From Planctomycetota bacterium (GTDB lineage Bacteria > Planctomycetota > SZUA-567 > H5-PLA8), in contig BTVV01000071.1 in assembly GCA_045863855.1 (NCBI GenBank), positions 1 to 30,596 of the forward strand: DNA of 30,596 nucleotides, given 5' to 3'. Positions 18,329 to 27,107 of the stretch are shown here, piece after piece. The notes beneath the pieces were generated by a model. The model searched no databases. It was not told the origin of the DNA and worked only from the letters and a program-made list of their open reading frames with translations. The position numbers were made by a program, and so were the translations under genes. Numbering within the stretch: the first letter of the stretch is position 1; the number at the start of each line of letters is the position of its first letter.

Positions 18329-18517
18329 GGCCAGGATGCCCCCTTTGGACCGTGAAAGGGGAATCGTCCACTAAAGGGTTGAGCTTGAAGGAATTGGAAG
18401 AATGGTAGGGGTTTGGGCGGGGCGTTGGGGCCGGATAACGCTTTGGATATATAAATCCATTCACGAATTGATTTTATAGGTTTTATGGGAATTGGGTGCG
18501 CGTTTGGGTAGAGCGGT

Positions 18518-18553
18518 GTAATACAAACAGGACAAGTAATACAAGTAGAACAA
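18518..18553. repeat. Four tandem 9-mers in the murA/gntR divergent region, possibly an operator array
   Basis: GTAATACAA-ACAGGACAA-GTAATACAA-GTAGAACAA. The first unit is part of the palindrome TGTA-A-TACA (18517-18525). Confidence 0.6.
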
Positions 18554-18638
18554 TAAGGGTTTCGGGGACCGAAAACTGCGCAAATCGGAACATTGAGCGC
18601 ACATTCTGCCATATCACTGCCATAAAAAGGGGTCTGCC

Positions 18639-19790
18639 TTGGGACGGGTCATTTTCGAACAACACGGCCAACTGCACCTCCAAGTTCGCGACCGGATCGT
18701 GAACATGATCCTCCAAAAAGGGCTGCGCGGCGGCGATCCGTTGCCGACGTACCGCGATCTGAGCCGGATGCTGAACGTTTCGCTGGTGACGGTGCAGCGG
18801 GCGATGAAGGAACTGAGCCGCGAGGGGCTGGTGGCGGGCCATCCGGGCCGCGGGACGGTGGTGGCGCGGGAGGTATCGGGCGAAGGTCGGCGGCTGACGC
18901 AGATCGGGCTGGTTTTCTTCTGTTCGAAGCAGTTGCTCTTCGGATCGGCGTACCTGATGGACCTGTTTCGCGGCTTGATGCTGGCGGCGGATGCGCGCGG
19001 CTCGGACGTGCGGATCGTTTCGATCAAGAGCGAAGGGAGCCTTTCGCCGAAGCAGATCGCGGCGGGGGGCGTGGACGGCGTGATTTTATGCGCGGTGGCG
19101 AACGACGCGTACTTGCGGCAGTTCGACGCGGAAGGGATTCCGACGGTGGCGGTGGATACGTTCAACGCGGACGTGAAGCTGGATTACGCGGTGGCGGACA
19201 ACGCGGCGGCGCTGCGGCAGACGGTGGACCACCTGGTGCGGCTGGGGCACCGCCGGATCGGGTACATCGACGGCTGGTCGACGGATACGGTGGCGGGCTC
19301 GGGCGCATCGCGCGATCCGGTGATCGATTCGTCGGACGCTCAGGAGCGGCGCGGCGCATTCTTCGCGGCGATGGGTTCGCACGGTCTGCTGGACGGTGCG
19401 ACGCTGTACCCGGTGCACGTTCGGGCTCCGCAGGAGACGGTTTCGCGCGCGGTGGACGCGTGGCTGGATTCGAATCCGCGGCCGACGGCGGTGATCGGGT
19501 ACGACGCGGGGTACGCTCAACCGTTCGCCGAAGCATTGGAGGAGTTCGGCCTGCGCATGCCGGAGGACGTCTCGTTCGCGGGCGCGGTGGCGGCCGGCAC
19601 GGCGCTGCTGGACGGGCGGGTGATCTCGACCAACAAGATCGATTTCGTGGACTTGGGCCGGCAGGCGGTGGCGTTGCTGGAACTGCGGCATCGCGAGGGG
19701 CGTTCGACGCCGCCGCGCGTTTACCGCGGCAGGCCGGAGTTCGTGGCGGGGCATACGGTGGGGCCGGTAATGGGAGAGGGGATGAGTTAG
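18639..19790 (+). CDS. GntR-wHTH / LacI-type periplasmic-binding-fold transcriptional regulator (AraR-like architecture)
   Basis: TTG start after an AAGGGG SD. 'GDPLPTYRDL...LNVSLVTVQRAMKEL..EGLV...PGRGT', followed by 'VDGVIL', 'IPTVAVD', 'HLVRLGHRRIGYI', 'PTAVI' and 'GLRMPEDVS'. Confidence 0.92.
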   Translation: MGRVIFEQHGQLHLQVRDRIVNMILQKGLRGGDPLPTYRDLSRMLNVSLVTVQRAMKELSREGLVAGHPGRGTVVAREVSGEGRRLTQIGLVFFCSKQLLFGSAYLMDLFRGLMLAADARGSDVRIVSIKSEGSLSPKQIAAGGVDGVILCAVANDAYLRQFDAEGIPTVAVDTFNADVKLDYAVADNAAALRQTVDHLVRLGHRRIGYIDGWSTDTVAGSGASRDPVIDSSDAQERRGAFFAAMGSHGLLDGATLYPVHVRAPQETVSRAVDAWLDSNPRPTAVIGYDAGYAQPFAEALEEFGLRMPEDVSFAGAVAAGTALLDGRVISTNKIDFVDLGRQAVALLELRHREGRSTPPRVYRGRPEFVAGHTVGPVMGEGMS

Positions 19791-19864
19791 TAAAGAGTAA
19801 GCGCGGCAAACTTCAAACGGCAAGAACCAAACAAACGGCAGGCAAGGCCATAAGGAGCGAATGT

Positions 19865-22054
19865 ATGCGCGGGCTACTGCGGACCGGTCGGGCTCTCGGA
19901 ATCGCGCTGCTGCTGGTGCTGGGAGCGGCGGGTACGGCGCATGGGGCGGCGCCGGGGTCGGGGACGGGGGCGGTCTTAAAAGTCGAGAACGGGAGCGTCC
20001 AGGTCGATGCGTGGAAGGCCGAGGATTTCGGCTGGGTTGCGCGGAGCTTGGCGAAGGTACCGGAACTGAAAAGCGCGAACCCGCGCTTCACGTTCTGGGC
20101 GTTGGGGAACGGGAAGAAGTCGGTGCTGGCGATGCTGTGGGACGAATCGGGCGGGACGGGCACGGGTTACGACACGCTGTACTTGGACAAGAACTTCAAC
20201 GGCGATCTGACCGAGGAAGGCGAGAAGCACGCGGGCGCCGCGGAGAAGCACACGTACGAGATCAAGGACCTTAAGGAAGCGGACGGCGAAGGGACGTTCT
20301 CGATGAAGCTGGTGATGGAGAAGGGGAACTACCACTGGCAGTCGGGCTTCCACGCGTCGTGGCCGAATCCGTCGGACGCGGGTAAGCGCGTGGGCTTCGG
20401 GGTGGGCCTGCTGCCGGGGAACCTGCAGATCCGTTCGGCGCCGAAGCCGGAGGACGCTCCGGTGTACCGCCTGGGCGGGCTGCCGACGCCGATGCTGTCG
20501 AAGCAGGTGCGCGAGCACAACAAGGACCGCTGGATTCCGGTGTATCCGGGCGAGACGTTCGCGGAGTGGACGGCCGGCGCGGAGGCGGGGGTGAGCATGG
20601 CGGTGGCGGTGATCGGGAGCGCTCCGGAGAACAACCTGCGCTTCTACCATAGCCAAGCGCCGGGCGGTCTGCCGGTGGTGAGCCTGCGCGTGCACGGTCC
20701 GGACGGTAAGGCTTCGGAAGAGATCGCGTTCACGGGCGGGTGCGGCTGCGCGGGCTCGTTCGGTCAGAACCTGCTGATCCCGCGCCGCGTCGCGCCGGGT
20801 ACGCATACGCTGGTGATCCGGCTGAACCGTCCCGATTGGTGCGGCGGGAAGGCCGAGTACCTGTATCCGGTGACGGTGCAGAATCCGGACTTCGGCAAAG
20901 CGTACGAGGATCCGGCCTACGTGGCGCTGAAGGCGAAGTTCGGCGGGACGAACGCGAAGTTCGCGAGCCTGCGGCGGGCGGTGACGCCGGAGCAGCTTGC
21001 GAAAGCCTTCCCCGACGAGCCGCTTTTGGGCGGGCGGGTGCGGGACAACTACATGATGAGCAACAGCATGCACTGGGACAGCAAGATCGCGAACAACGGG
21101 ACGGATCCGTACCTCGAAGTGGGGCAGAAAGCGGGGCTTAACGCGCCGAACCGCGCGTTGATCCAGTTCGATCTGGCGGGCCTGCCGAAGGGCGCGAAGC
21201 TGCTGGGCGCGTATGCGCGGTTCACGCTGGTGAACGTGCCGTGGTCGGGGGCGAAGGAAGACGCGGCGGTGGAGGCGTATGCAGTGCGCCGCGCGTGGAA
21301 CGAAGTTCCGGAGAACAACCTGTACTGTTCGTGGTACGGCCCGCTGTACCGCGGCAACAAGAACCGCCCCGAAGCGCAAGACATCGTCTTCTGGAAGCAG
21401 GGCGGCTGCGAAGATCCGCAGGAAGACCGTTATCCGGACGCGGCCGGGAGCTTCTCGGTGGCGAACTTCCCCGCCAAGGCCAGCGCGAAGGGCGCCGCCG
21501 ACGGCGAACGCTTCCGCATGGTGGCGATGGATATCACCGCGACGGCGCAGAAGTGGCTGAGCGGCGAGATCGAGAACCACGGGCTGGTGCTGGTCTTCAA
21601 AGGCAGCGGCGGCTGGGCTCCGATCTGCAGCAGCGAGCATCCCGAGTACATCTTCCGCCCGACGCTGGTGCTGGCGTACGAAGGCGGCGAGATGGTCGGC
21701 GCGCTGACGAAGCCGCGGGGCGAAGACCTGGACCTGGCGCGGGCCGAAGCGCAGAAGCGCGGCGTGCCGGTCGCGATCAAGTTCTACAGCCCGACGTGTT
21801 CGGTCTGCGTGAAGGCCAACAAGACCACCTTCGCCGACAAGACGGTCAAGGAGACGCTTTCCAAGCAGGTGGAGTTCGTGAGCCTGAAAGTGGAGGATTA
21901 TCCGAAGCTGGCGCAGGACCTGGGCGTGGGTTCGGTTCCGACGCTGGTGGTCTTGAACGCGGACGGCGCGACGGCGAAGGCGGCGTTGGGTTCGGATGTG
22001 CTGCTGGATGGGAAGGCGCTGGTGGTGAAGTTGGGGGAGGCGGTAGGGAAGTAG
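19865..22054 (+). CDS. Secreted multidomain protein: unknown N-terminal domain with a CxC motif, DNRLRE/CBM96-like domain and C-terminal thioredoxin (CSVC)
   Basis: TAAGGAG SD and a signal peptide ending AHG-A. 'YDTLYLDKNFNGDLTE' and 'GGCGCAG'. DNRLRE-type motifs 'RALIQFDL..LP.GA....A', 'W.E', 'DIT...Q.W......NHGLVL' and 'SSE.....RPTLVL.Y'. Trx motifs 'FYSPTCSVC' and 'GV.SVPTLVVL'. Confidence 0.85.
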   Translation: MRGLLRTGRALGIALLLVLGAAGTAHGAAPGSGTGAVLKVENGSVQVDAWKAEDFGWVARSLAKVPELKSANPRFTFWALGNGKKSVLAMLWDESGGTGTGYDTLYLDKNFNGDLTEEGEKHAGAAEKHTYEIKDLKEADGEGTFSMKLVMEKGNYHWQSGFHASWPNPSDAGKRVGFGVGLLPGNLQIRSAPKPEDAPVYRLGGLPTPMLSKQVREHNKDRWIPVYPGETFAEWTAGAEAGVSMAVAVIGSAPENNLRFYHSQAPGGLPVVSLRVHGPDGKASEEIAFTGGCGCAGSFGQNLLIPRRVAPGTHTLVIRLNRPDWCGGKAEYLYPVTVQNPDFGKAYEDPAYVALKAKFGGTNAKFASLRRAVTPEQLAKAFPDEPLLGGRVRDNYMMSNSMHWDSKIANNGTDPYLEVGQKAGLNAPNRALIQFDLAGLPKGAKLLGAYARFTLVNVPWSGAKEDAAVEAYAVRRAWNEVPENNLYCSWYGPLYRGNKNRPEAQDIVFWKQGGCEDPQEDRYPDAAGSFSVANFPAKASAKGAADGERFRMVAMDITATAQKWLSGEIENHGLVLVFKGSGGWAPICSSEHPEYIFRPTLVLAYEGGEMVGALTKPRGEDLDLARAEAQKRGVPVAIKFYSPTCSVCVKANKTTFADKTVKETLSKQVEFVSLKVEDYPKLAQDLGVGSVPTLVVLNADGATAKAALGSDVLLDGKALVVKLGEAVGK

Positions 22055-22071
22055 GCGTTCAAAAGTAATGA

Positions 22072-22092
22072 GTGAACGGTGAACGGTGAACG
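22072..22092. repeat. Perfect heptamer tandem repeat (GTGAACG)x3
   Basis: Read directly from the intergenic sequence. Confidence 0.8.
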
Positions 22093-22108
22093 GATTCTGG
22101 AGCTGGGG

Positions 22109-23764
22109 ATGCGCATAGGGTCGAAATGGATGGTGGCGGCGGTGCTGGCCGGTTGCTCGGCTTCCGGTTGGGCGGCCGATGAGTCGGCGGAGGCGCTGGC
22201 GGAGTTCGGGAAGCGGCTCGAGGTTCCGGTGGCGTCGGCGCCGAAACCGAACGCCGAAGCGGCGGCATGGTTCGCGCAGGAAGCTCCGCCATCGGGGACC
22301 GTGACGGCGCTGGATTTGACGGGCTGGGCGGGCCCGTTGGGCTTCGCGCACCTGGACGGGAAGCCGGATGCGCCGGCGGTGCGGACGGAAGGGTACTTCG
22401 CGTGCGACGCGGAGGCGCTGTACGCGGCGGTGCGGTGCTTCGATCCGGACTTGGAAGCGGCGCCGGCCAAGGCGGGCGCGCGGGACGGGAACGTCTGGCA
22501 CTCGGACAGCGTGGAGTTGATCGTGCTGCCGGGGCTGGAGGTGTCGTCCTCGTACTATCATTTCGCGGCCGATGCGTCGGGGACCTTGTACGACGCTCGC
22601 GTGAACGACGCGAGCTGGCAGTCGAACGCGACGGTGCGCGTGGCGCGCGGCGAGGGGTATTGGACGGTGTTCTTCCGTGTGCCGCTCGCGGATCTGGGCG
22701 TGACGGCGGCGAGCGCTCCGGCTGTGTGGCGCGCGAATCTCCATCGCGCTCGGCCCAAGCGCGGCGGCGCGGCGGCGCAGGATCTGGCCTGGTCGCCGAC
22801 GGGCGGGCGGAGCAACCACGTGCCGGGGCGTTTCGGCGTGTTGCATCTGGACGGCTTGGGGCGGGGGCCGGACGCGGCGGCGTTGCGGGCGTTCATGGCG
22901 CAGAGCGAGCGGTTGGAGATCGTCTTCCGCCAGGATTTCGCGGCGAACCGGGACGGATTCGGCGGCGGCGCGGTCGTGCCGGCCGCGGACGGCCAGCCGG
23001 CGAGCGAAGGGTTCTTGCGCGTTTCGAACGCGCGGAGCTTGGCGTGGGAGCGGAGTTTCGCGGCGCCGCAGGGGATTCGGATCGCGTTCGCGTACCGGAC
23101 GGCTCCGGGGCAGCACGGCTTGGCGGTGCACGGAAGCGGGAGCGTGGTGCGCGCGTGCCGGCCGGGGCTGATCGAAGTCTTCGGGCGCGGCCTCAAGGCG
23201 GCTCAGAGCACCTGCCAGGACGCCGACGGGCAGAGCCGCAGCTTCGACCTGGGCTTCGACGCGTTCCGCTTCAAGCGCCCGTACGGGCACTGACAGCAGT
23301 CGAACATGCCCCCGACCCCGGGGGCGGAGTGGGCGGTCGCCCGCTTCAACCTCGACGAGATGTACAGCAACGACACGCACACCAAGGTGCTGGATCCGAA
23401 GCAGCAGTACGAGCGGCTGAGCTTCGTGCTGAACGGGGAATTGAAGCCGGAAAGCGTGATCGAATTGGACTGGGTGGTGGCCTGGCGCGGGAAGGACGCC
23501 GAAGCGCCGGACGCTCCGTCGGGCTTCGCGGTTGCGCGCGAAGGCGAGACGATGCGCTTCGCGTGGCGCGCGGCGGCGGATAACTTGCAGGTGAGCCACT
23601 ACGAATTGCTGCGCAAGGACGGCGCGGAGTGGAAAGCGTTCACGCTCGCGACGGGCTGCGCGACGCGCTTGCCGGCGGCGGGTTTGGGCGAAGGTCCGTT
23701 CGCGGTCCGCGCGCTGGACGCGGCAGGGAACGCGTCGGAGGCGGTGGAGCTGGCCGTGCCTTGA
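22109..23764 (+). CDS. Exported CBM9-like + beta-sandwich + Fn3-like protein with one in-frame TGA at codon 395 (candidate selenocysteine; alternatively a nonsense-disrupted gene)
   Basis: ATG 22109 with GGAG SD and a signal peptide/lipobox LAGC. CBM9-like 'D...LY.AV.C.D', 'RDG.VW..DSVEL', 'YYHF', 'WTV..RVPL..LG', 'WRANL.R' and 'WSPT...NH.P.RFG'. ORFs 22079-23293 and 23306-23764 are in the same frame, separated only by TGA plus 4 sense codons. C-terminal Fn3-like 'P.APSG', 'W.AA.DN..V..Y' and 'VRALDAAGN.S'. Confidence 0.75.
23308..23325 (+). promoter_or_regulatory. Candidate bacterial SECIS hairpin
   Basis: GCCCCCG-ACCC-CGGGGGC, a 7-bp GC stem starting 14 nt after the in-frame TGA. If the closing pair opens, the loop begins with G23314, 20 nt after the TGA. 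Confidence 0.5.
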
Positions 23765-23772
23765 AGGCTTGC

Positions 23773-23803
23773 GCCGATCGCGTCCTTACAGGACGCGAAC
23801 GGC
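23773..23803. repeat. Intergenic inverted repeat (REP-like or terminator hairpin)
   Basis: GCCGATCGCGTCCT-TAC-AGGACGCGAACGGC, with 13 of 14 arm positions paired and no U-tract. Confidence 0.6.
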
Positions 23804-23943
23804 TGGGGCGCACCGCGAGGTAAACGGCGATAGGCCTTTGCCAATGAGGGAAAACGTTCCCGCCCGAGATAACATGCTTAAAAAAGCCGCATAGAACACG
23901 TGCAATGCCACGCGAGTTTATTTCATGGCCGAACGCATTCGTA

Positions 23944-23973
23944 TTGAAATGACGGGCGAAAAGCCTCCATAAT
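23944..23973 (+). promoter_or_regulatory. Putative sigma70 promoter
   Basis: TTGAAA-18 nt-CATAAT upstream of the 24050 gene. Confidence 0.45.
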
Positions 23974-24049
23974 AGCGCCTGTCGCGGAGGCCGGCCGGCG
24001 GGAGGTTCGCCGGCAGCCGGTTATGCCATCCGTCCGAGAGGTATCCCGC

Positions 24050-24673
24050 ATGAAGAAGCACGAATCGACGTGGGCGGTGGCTCGTTACGTCATTCTGGGC
24101 CTGGTGGTGCTTGCGGCGGGCGGCGCTTGGGCGCTTTGGGGCGCCGATTTCCGGGCATATTACGCGCGTGAAGCGTTGACGAAAGCGTTCGAAGGGCGCG
24201 AAAAGGAATTTTACGATCAGGCAGAGGGCATCTTTAAGGAGCATGCCGGTTCGGGAAAAGTTCCGGCGGATGCGCACCGCGCGGGCAAGGCGGTCTGGAT
24301 CCGCGCGCGGCTGATGCCGCGTTCGAATCGCTTCGAGATGAACCTCGATATCGATCCGTCGGCCGGGCACCTTGCGGAGGAACTGCGCGCCGAGCGTCCG
24401 GAAGACGTGCGTTCGGTGGTGTTGTTGTATCCCAAGTCGGGTCAGGTGGGCGAGTACGTGCCCAAGGACGGTTCGAGTACAGCGGTCCCTCAGGCGGCTT
24501 ACGAAGAACGGGTGGATGTGCGGATCGTGGATCTGCAGAAAAAGTCGCTGCTTGGTCACAAAGTATTCACCTTCAGTCCCAAGCACGAGATCACGCAATC
24601 CCGCGAGCGTTTCGAGGTGCTGGATATGGGGCAGGTGCTGGCCTGGTACGCGAGTTTGCCGGAGGCTCCGTAG
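24050..24673 (+). CDS. Hypothetical membrane-anchored protein
   Basis: GAGAGGT SD, ATG 24050 and an N-terminal TM helix 'YVILGLVVLAAGGAWALW'. No family recognised. Confidence 0.75.
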   Translation: MKKHESTWAVARYVILGLVVLAAGGAWALWGADFRAYYAREALTKAFEGREKEFYDQAEGIFKEHAGSGKVPADAHRAGKAVWIRARLMPRSNRFEMNLDIDPSAGHLAEELRAERPEDVRSVVLLYPKSGQVGEYVPKDGSSTAVPQAAYEERVDVRIVDLQKKSLLGHKVFTFSPKHEITQSRERFEVLDMGQVLAWYASLPEAP

Positions 24674-24778
24674 CGGAGCGTCCGCATCCGACTTATCGAT
24701 CTACTTGCTTTCGGCCGCGCGGGGTGCCTTAATACGCACCACGAAGAGTCCACATTCGAGCTGAGGCGGGCGATCGAA

Positions 24779-26788
24779 ATGCCGACGGTTGCGGAACTTC
24801 CGGCGCAGGGTCTGACGGGGCGCTCGTTGCGGCGCTATGTCGAGGCCAAGCTGTTGCCGCACGTCGAGACGCCGGCGCAGTACGCGGGCGGCGAGTTGAA
24901 CCAGATCGTGAAGGATCACGCGGCGGCGCGGGTGAAGGTGGCGCTGGCGTTTCCCGACACGTACGCGATGGGGATGTCGAGCACGGGCTACCGGATTCTG
25001 CATCACGTCTGGAACCTGCGCGCCGATTATTTGTGCGAGCGGGTCTTCGCGCCGTGGCCGGACATGGAAGCGCGGATGCGCGAGCACGGCGTGCCGCTCT
25101 TCAGCCTCGAGACGTACACGCCGATCCGTTCGTTCGACGTGCTGGCGTTTTCGTGCGCGTACGAGATGGGCTTCACGAACATCCTGACGATGCTGGACCT
25201 GGCCGGTATACCGCTGAAGGCTGCGGAGCGGACGCTGGACGATCCGTTCGTGATCTTCGGCGGGCATACGTCGTTCGCGCCGGAGCCGGTGGCGGATTAC
25301 ATCGACGCGTTCTGCATCGGCGAAGGCGAAGAGCTTGCGCTGGACGTGACGGAGAAGCTGGACGAACTGAAGCGCGCGGGCCTGCCGCGCGAAGAGATCC
25401 TGCTGCGCTTGTGCCGCGAAGTGCCGGGCGTGTACGTGCCGCGCTTCTACGGTTTTCAATATTTTCCGGACGGGAGCATCGCGGACGTGGTGCCGCTGGC
25501 CGCTCGGGTGCCGTTCCCGGTGAAGCGGCGGATCGTGCACGATCTGGAGAACGCTCCGTTCCCGACGAAGCAGATCGTTCCTTACGTCGAAGCGGTGTTC
25601 GACCGGTACAGCATCGAGATCATGCGCGGCTGCGTAAACGGTTGCCGCTTCTGCCAGGCGGGGATGATCACGCGGACGCAGCGGCAGCGCAGCGTCGAGA
25701 AGGTGATCGAGCTGGCGAAGAGGGGCTACGAAGAGACGGGCTACGACGAGATCGGGCTGCTCTCGCTGAGCAGCAGCGACTACTACGGGATCACCGAGCT
25801 GGCGACGCGGCTGAACGACTACTTCGAAGAGAAGGGCGTGAGCATCGGTTTGCCGAGCCTGCGCATGAACGAAGTGCTGGCGACGCTTCCGAAGGAGCTG
25901 GCGCGGGTGCGCAAGGGCGGGCTGACGATCGCTCCGGAAGCCGCGACGGAGCGGATGCGGAACATCATCAACAAGCCGGTGAAGGACGAGCATCTGATCG
26001 CGGCGGTGCGCGAGGCGTTCAAGCACGGCTTCGACCACGTGAAGCTTTATTTCATGCTCGGGCTGCCCGGCGAGACGGACGCGGACCTGCGCGCGATCGG
26101 GGAGTTCAGCGACAAGATCAGCCTGCTGCGGACCGAGCTGGGGAAGAGTCCGGCGAAGGTGAGCAGCAGCGTGAGTTCGTTCGTGCCGAAGGCGGGGACG
26201 CCGTTCCAGTGGGCTCCGATGCTGACGCGCGAGGAATGGCGCCGGCGGCAGCAGTTGATCGTGAAGAGTTCGCGGATCAAGGCGGTGCGGGTGAAGGTGC
26301 ACGATCCGGACGTGAGTTACCTGGAAGGCGTATTTTCGCGCGGCGACCGGCGGCTGGGGGCGGCGATCGAGACGGCGTGGCGGGCCGGCGCGCGCTTCGA
26401 CGGCTGGGACGAGCACCTGAAGCTGGAGATCTGGAACGCGGCGTTCCAGGCGCACGGGATCGATCCGGACTGGATCGCGCTGCGCGAACGGCCGCTGCAC
26501 GAGATTCTGCCGTGGGTGGCGGTGAACGACACGGTGAGCGAGCAGTTCCTGAAGCGGGAGCTGAAGCGCGCGGAGCAGGGTCGGATCACGGAGTCGTGCG
26601 CGGACACGAATCCGGCGAAGGAAGCGCCGTGCTTCATCTGCGACGGGTGCGAACGCAGCCCGCTGTGGGACAAGAAGGAAGAACTGCTGGCCGCTCCGGT
26701 GCGCGGCGAGGTTCGCGACGCCCGGTACGCGAAGAACTGGCAGCTCACGCCGGGGGCTCACGCGGCGGCGGCGGGTTCGGGCGACTGA
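24779..26788 (+). CDS. B12-binding-domain radical SAM protein (TIGR03960-like)
   Basis: 'VE.PAQY.GGELN', 'AFPD.Y.MGMS', 'CERVFAPWPD', 'PLFSLET', 'EIMRGCVNGCRFCQAG', 'SLSSSDY', 'GLTIAPEA', 'KLYFMLGLPGET', 'FVPK.GTPFQW', 'GARFDGW.E' and a C-terminal C...CxxC.C cluster. Confidence 0.9.
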   Translation: MPTVAELPAQGLTGRSLRRYVEAKLLPHVETPAQYAGGELNQIVKDHAAARVKVALAFPDTYAMGMSSTGYRILHHVWNLRADYLCERVFAPWPDMEARMREHGVPLFSLETYTPIRSFDVLAFSCAYEMGFTNILTMLDLAGIPLKAAERTLDDPFVIFGGHTSFAPEPVADYIDAFCIGEGEELALDVTEKLDELKRAGLPREEILLRLCREVPGVYVPRFYGFQYFPDGSIADVVPLAARVPFPVKRRIVHDLENAPFPTKQIVPYVEAVFDRYSIEIMRGCVNGCRFCQAGMITRTQRQRSVEKVIELAKRGYEETGYDEIGLLSLSSSDYYGITELATRLNDYFEEKGVSIGLPSLRMNEVLATLPKELARVRKGGLTIAPEAATERMRNIINKPVKDEHLIAAVREAFKHGFDHVKLYFMLGLPGETDADLRAIGEFSDKISLLRTELGKSPAKVSSSVSSFVPKAGTPFQWAPMLTREEWRRRQQLIVKSSRIKAVRVKVHDPDVSYLEGVFSRGDRRLGAAIETAWRAGARFDGWDEHLKLEIWNAAFQAHGIDPDWIALRERPLHEILPWVAVNDTVSEQFLKRELKRAEQGRITESCADTNPAKEAPCFICDGCERSPLWDKKEELLAAPVRGEVRDARYAKNWQLTPGAHAAAAGSGD

Positions 26789-27107
26789 ATGCGCCCGTGC
26801 TTCGTGCGGGTTACTTATTTCCGGAAAAATAGTTCGCTTAATTAGGCCGGTGCGCCAACGATCTTGGGTGCGCGGCGTTGGTCTTTCCAACGATTCCGCC
26901 GTAGTTCCCTACAACAATGACGAAAATGGGCACGTGTTCGGGCGCGCGCATGGCGCGGCCTTCGGATCGCGCAACAATTAACCGGCGAAAGCAGTTGTAC
27001 AATTGCGGCGCTCGAAACGGCGCATGGCCTTGGCGTTGCGTGGATCGAATTGGCCGTCCGGCCGGGGAGCGTACGCCGGCGGCGGGACTCGCACCGAGGA
27101 TTCTTGC

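Noticed and set aside
19088..19864. N-terminal extension of the 988-aa ORF overlapping the GntR/LacI gene
   Set aside because: It is an Arg/Gly-rich off-frame translation. The SD and signal peptide place the real start at 19865.
18518..22092. Short tandem repeats (9-mers, heptamers) as a possible CRISPR array
   Set aside because: The units are 7-9 nt with no spacers, and no cas genes are present.
23291..23293. Genome-wide TGA reassignment (genetic code 4 or 25) as the explanation for the in-frame TGA
   Set aside because: Conserved genes here (mutM, mqnE, the vWA gene, DUF1800) end at TGA at their expected C-termini, and I saw no other internal TGA.
26789..27107. 319-nt intergenic region with several small hairpins as a possible riboswitch or ncRNA
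   Set aside because: I recognised no conserved riboswitch core. It can be explained by a weak terminator-like hairpin plus a promoter (TACAAT at 26998-27003). An Rfam scan would settle it.
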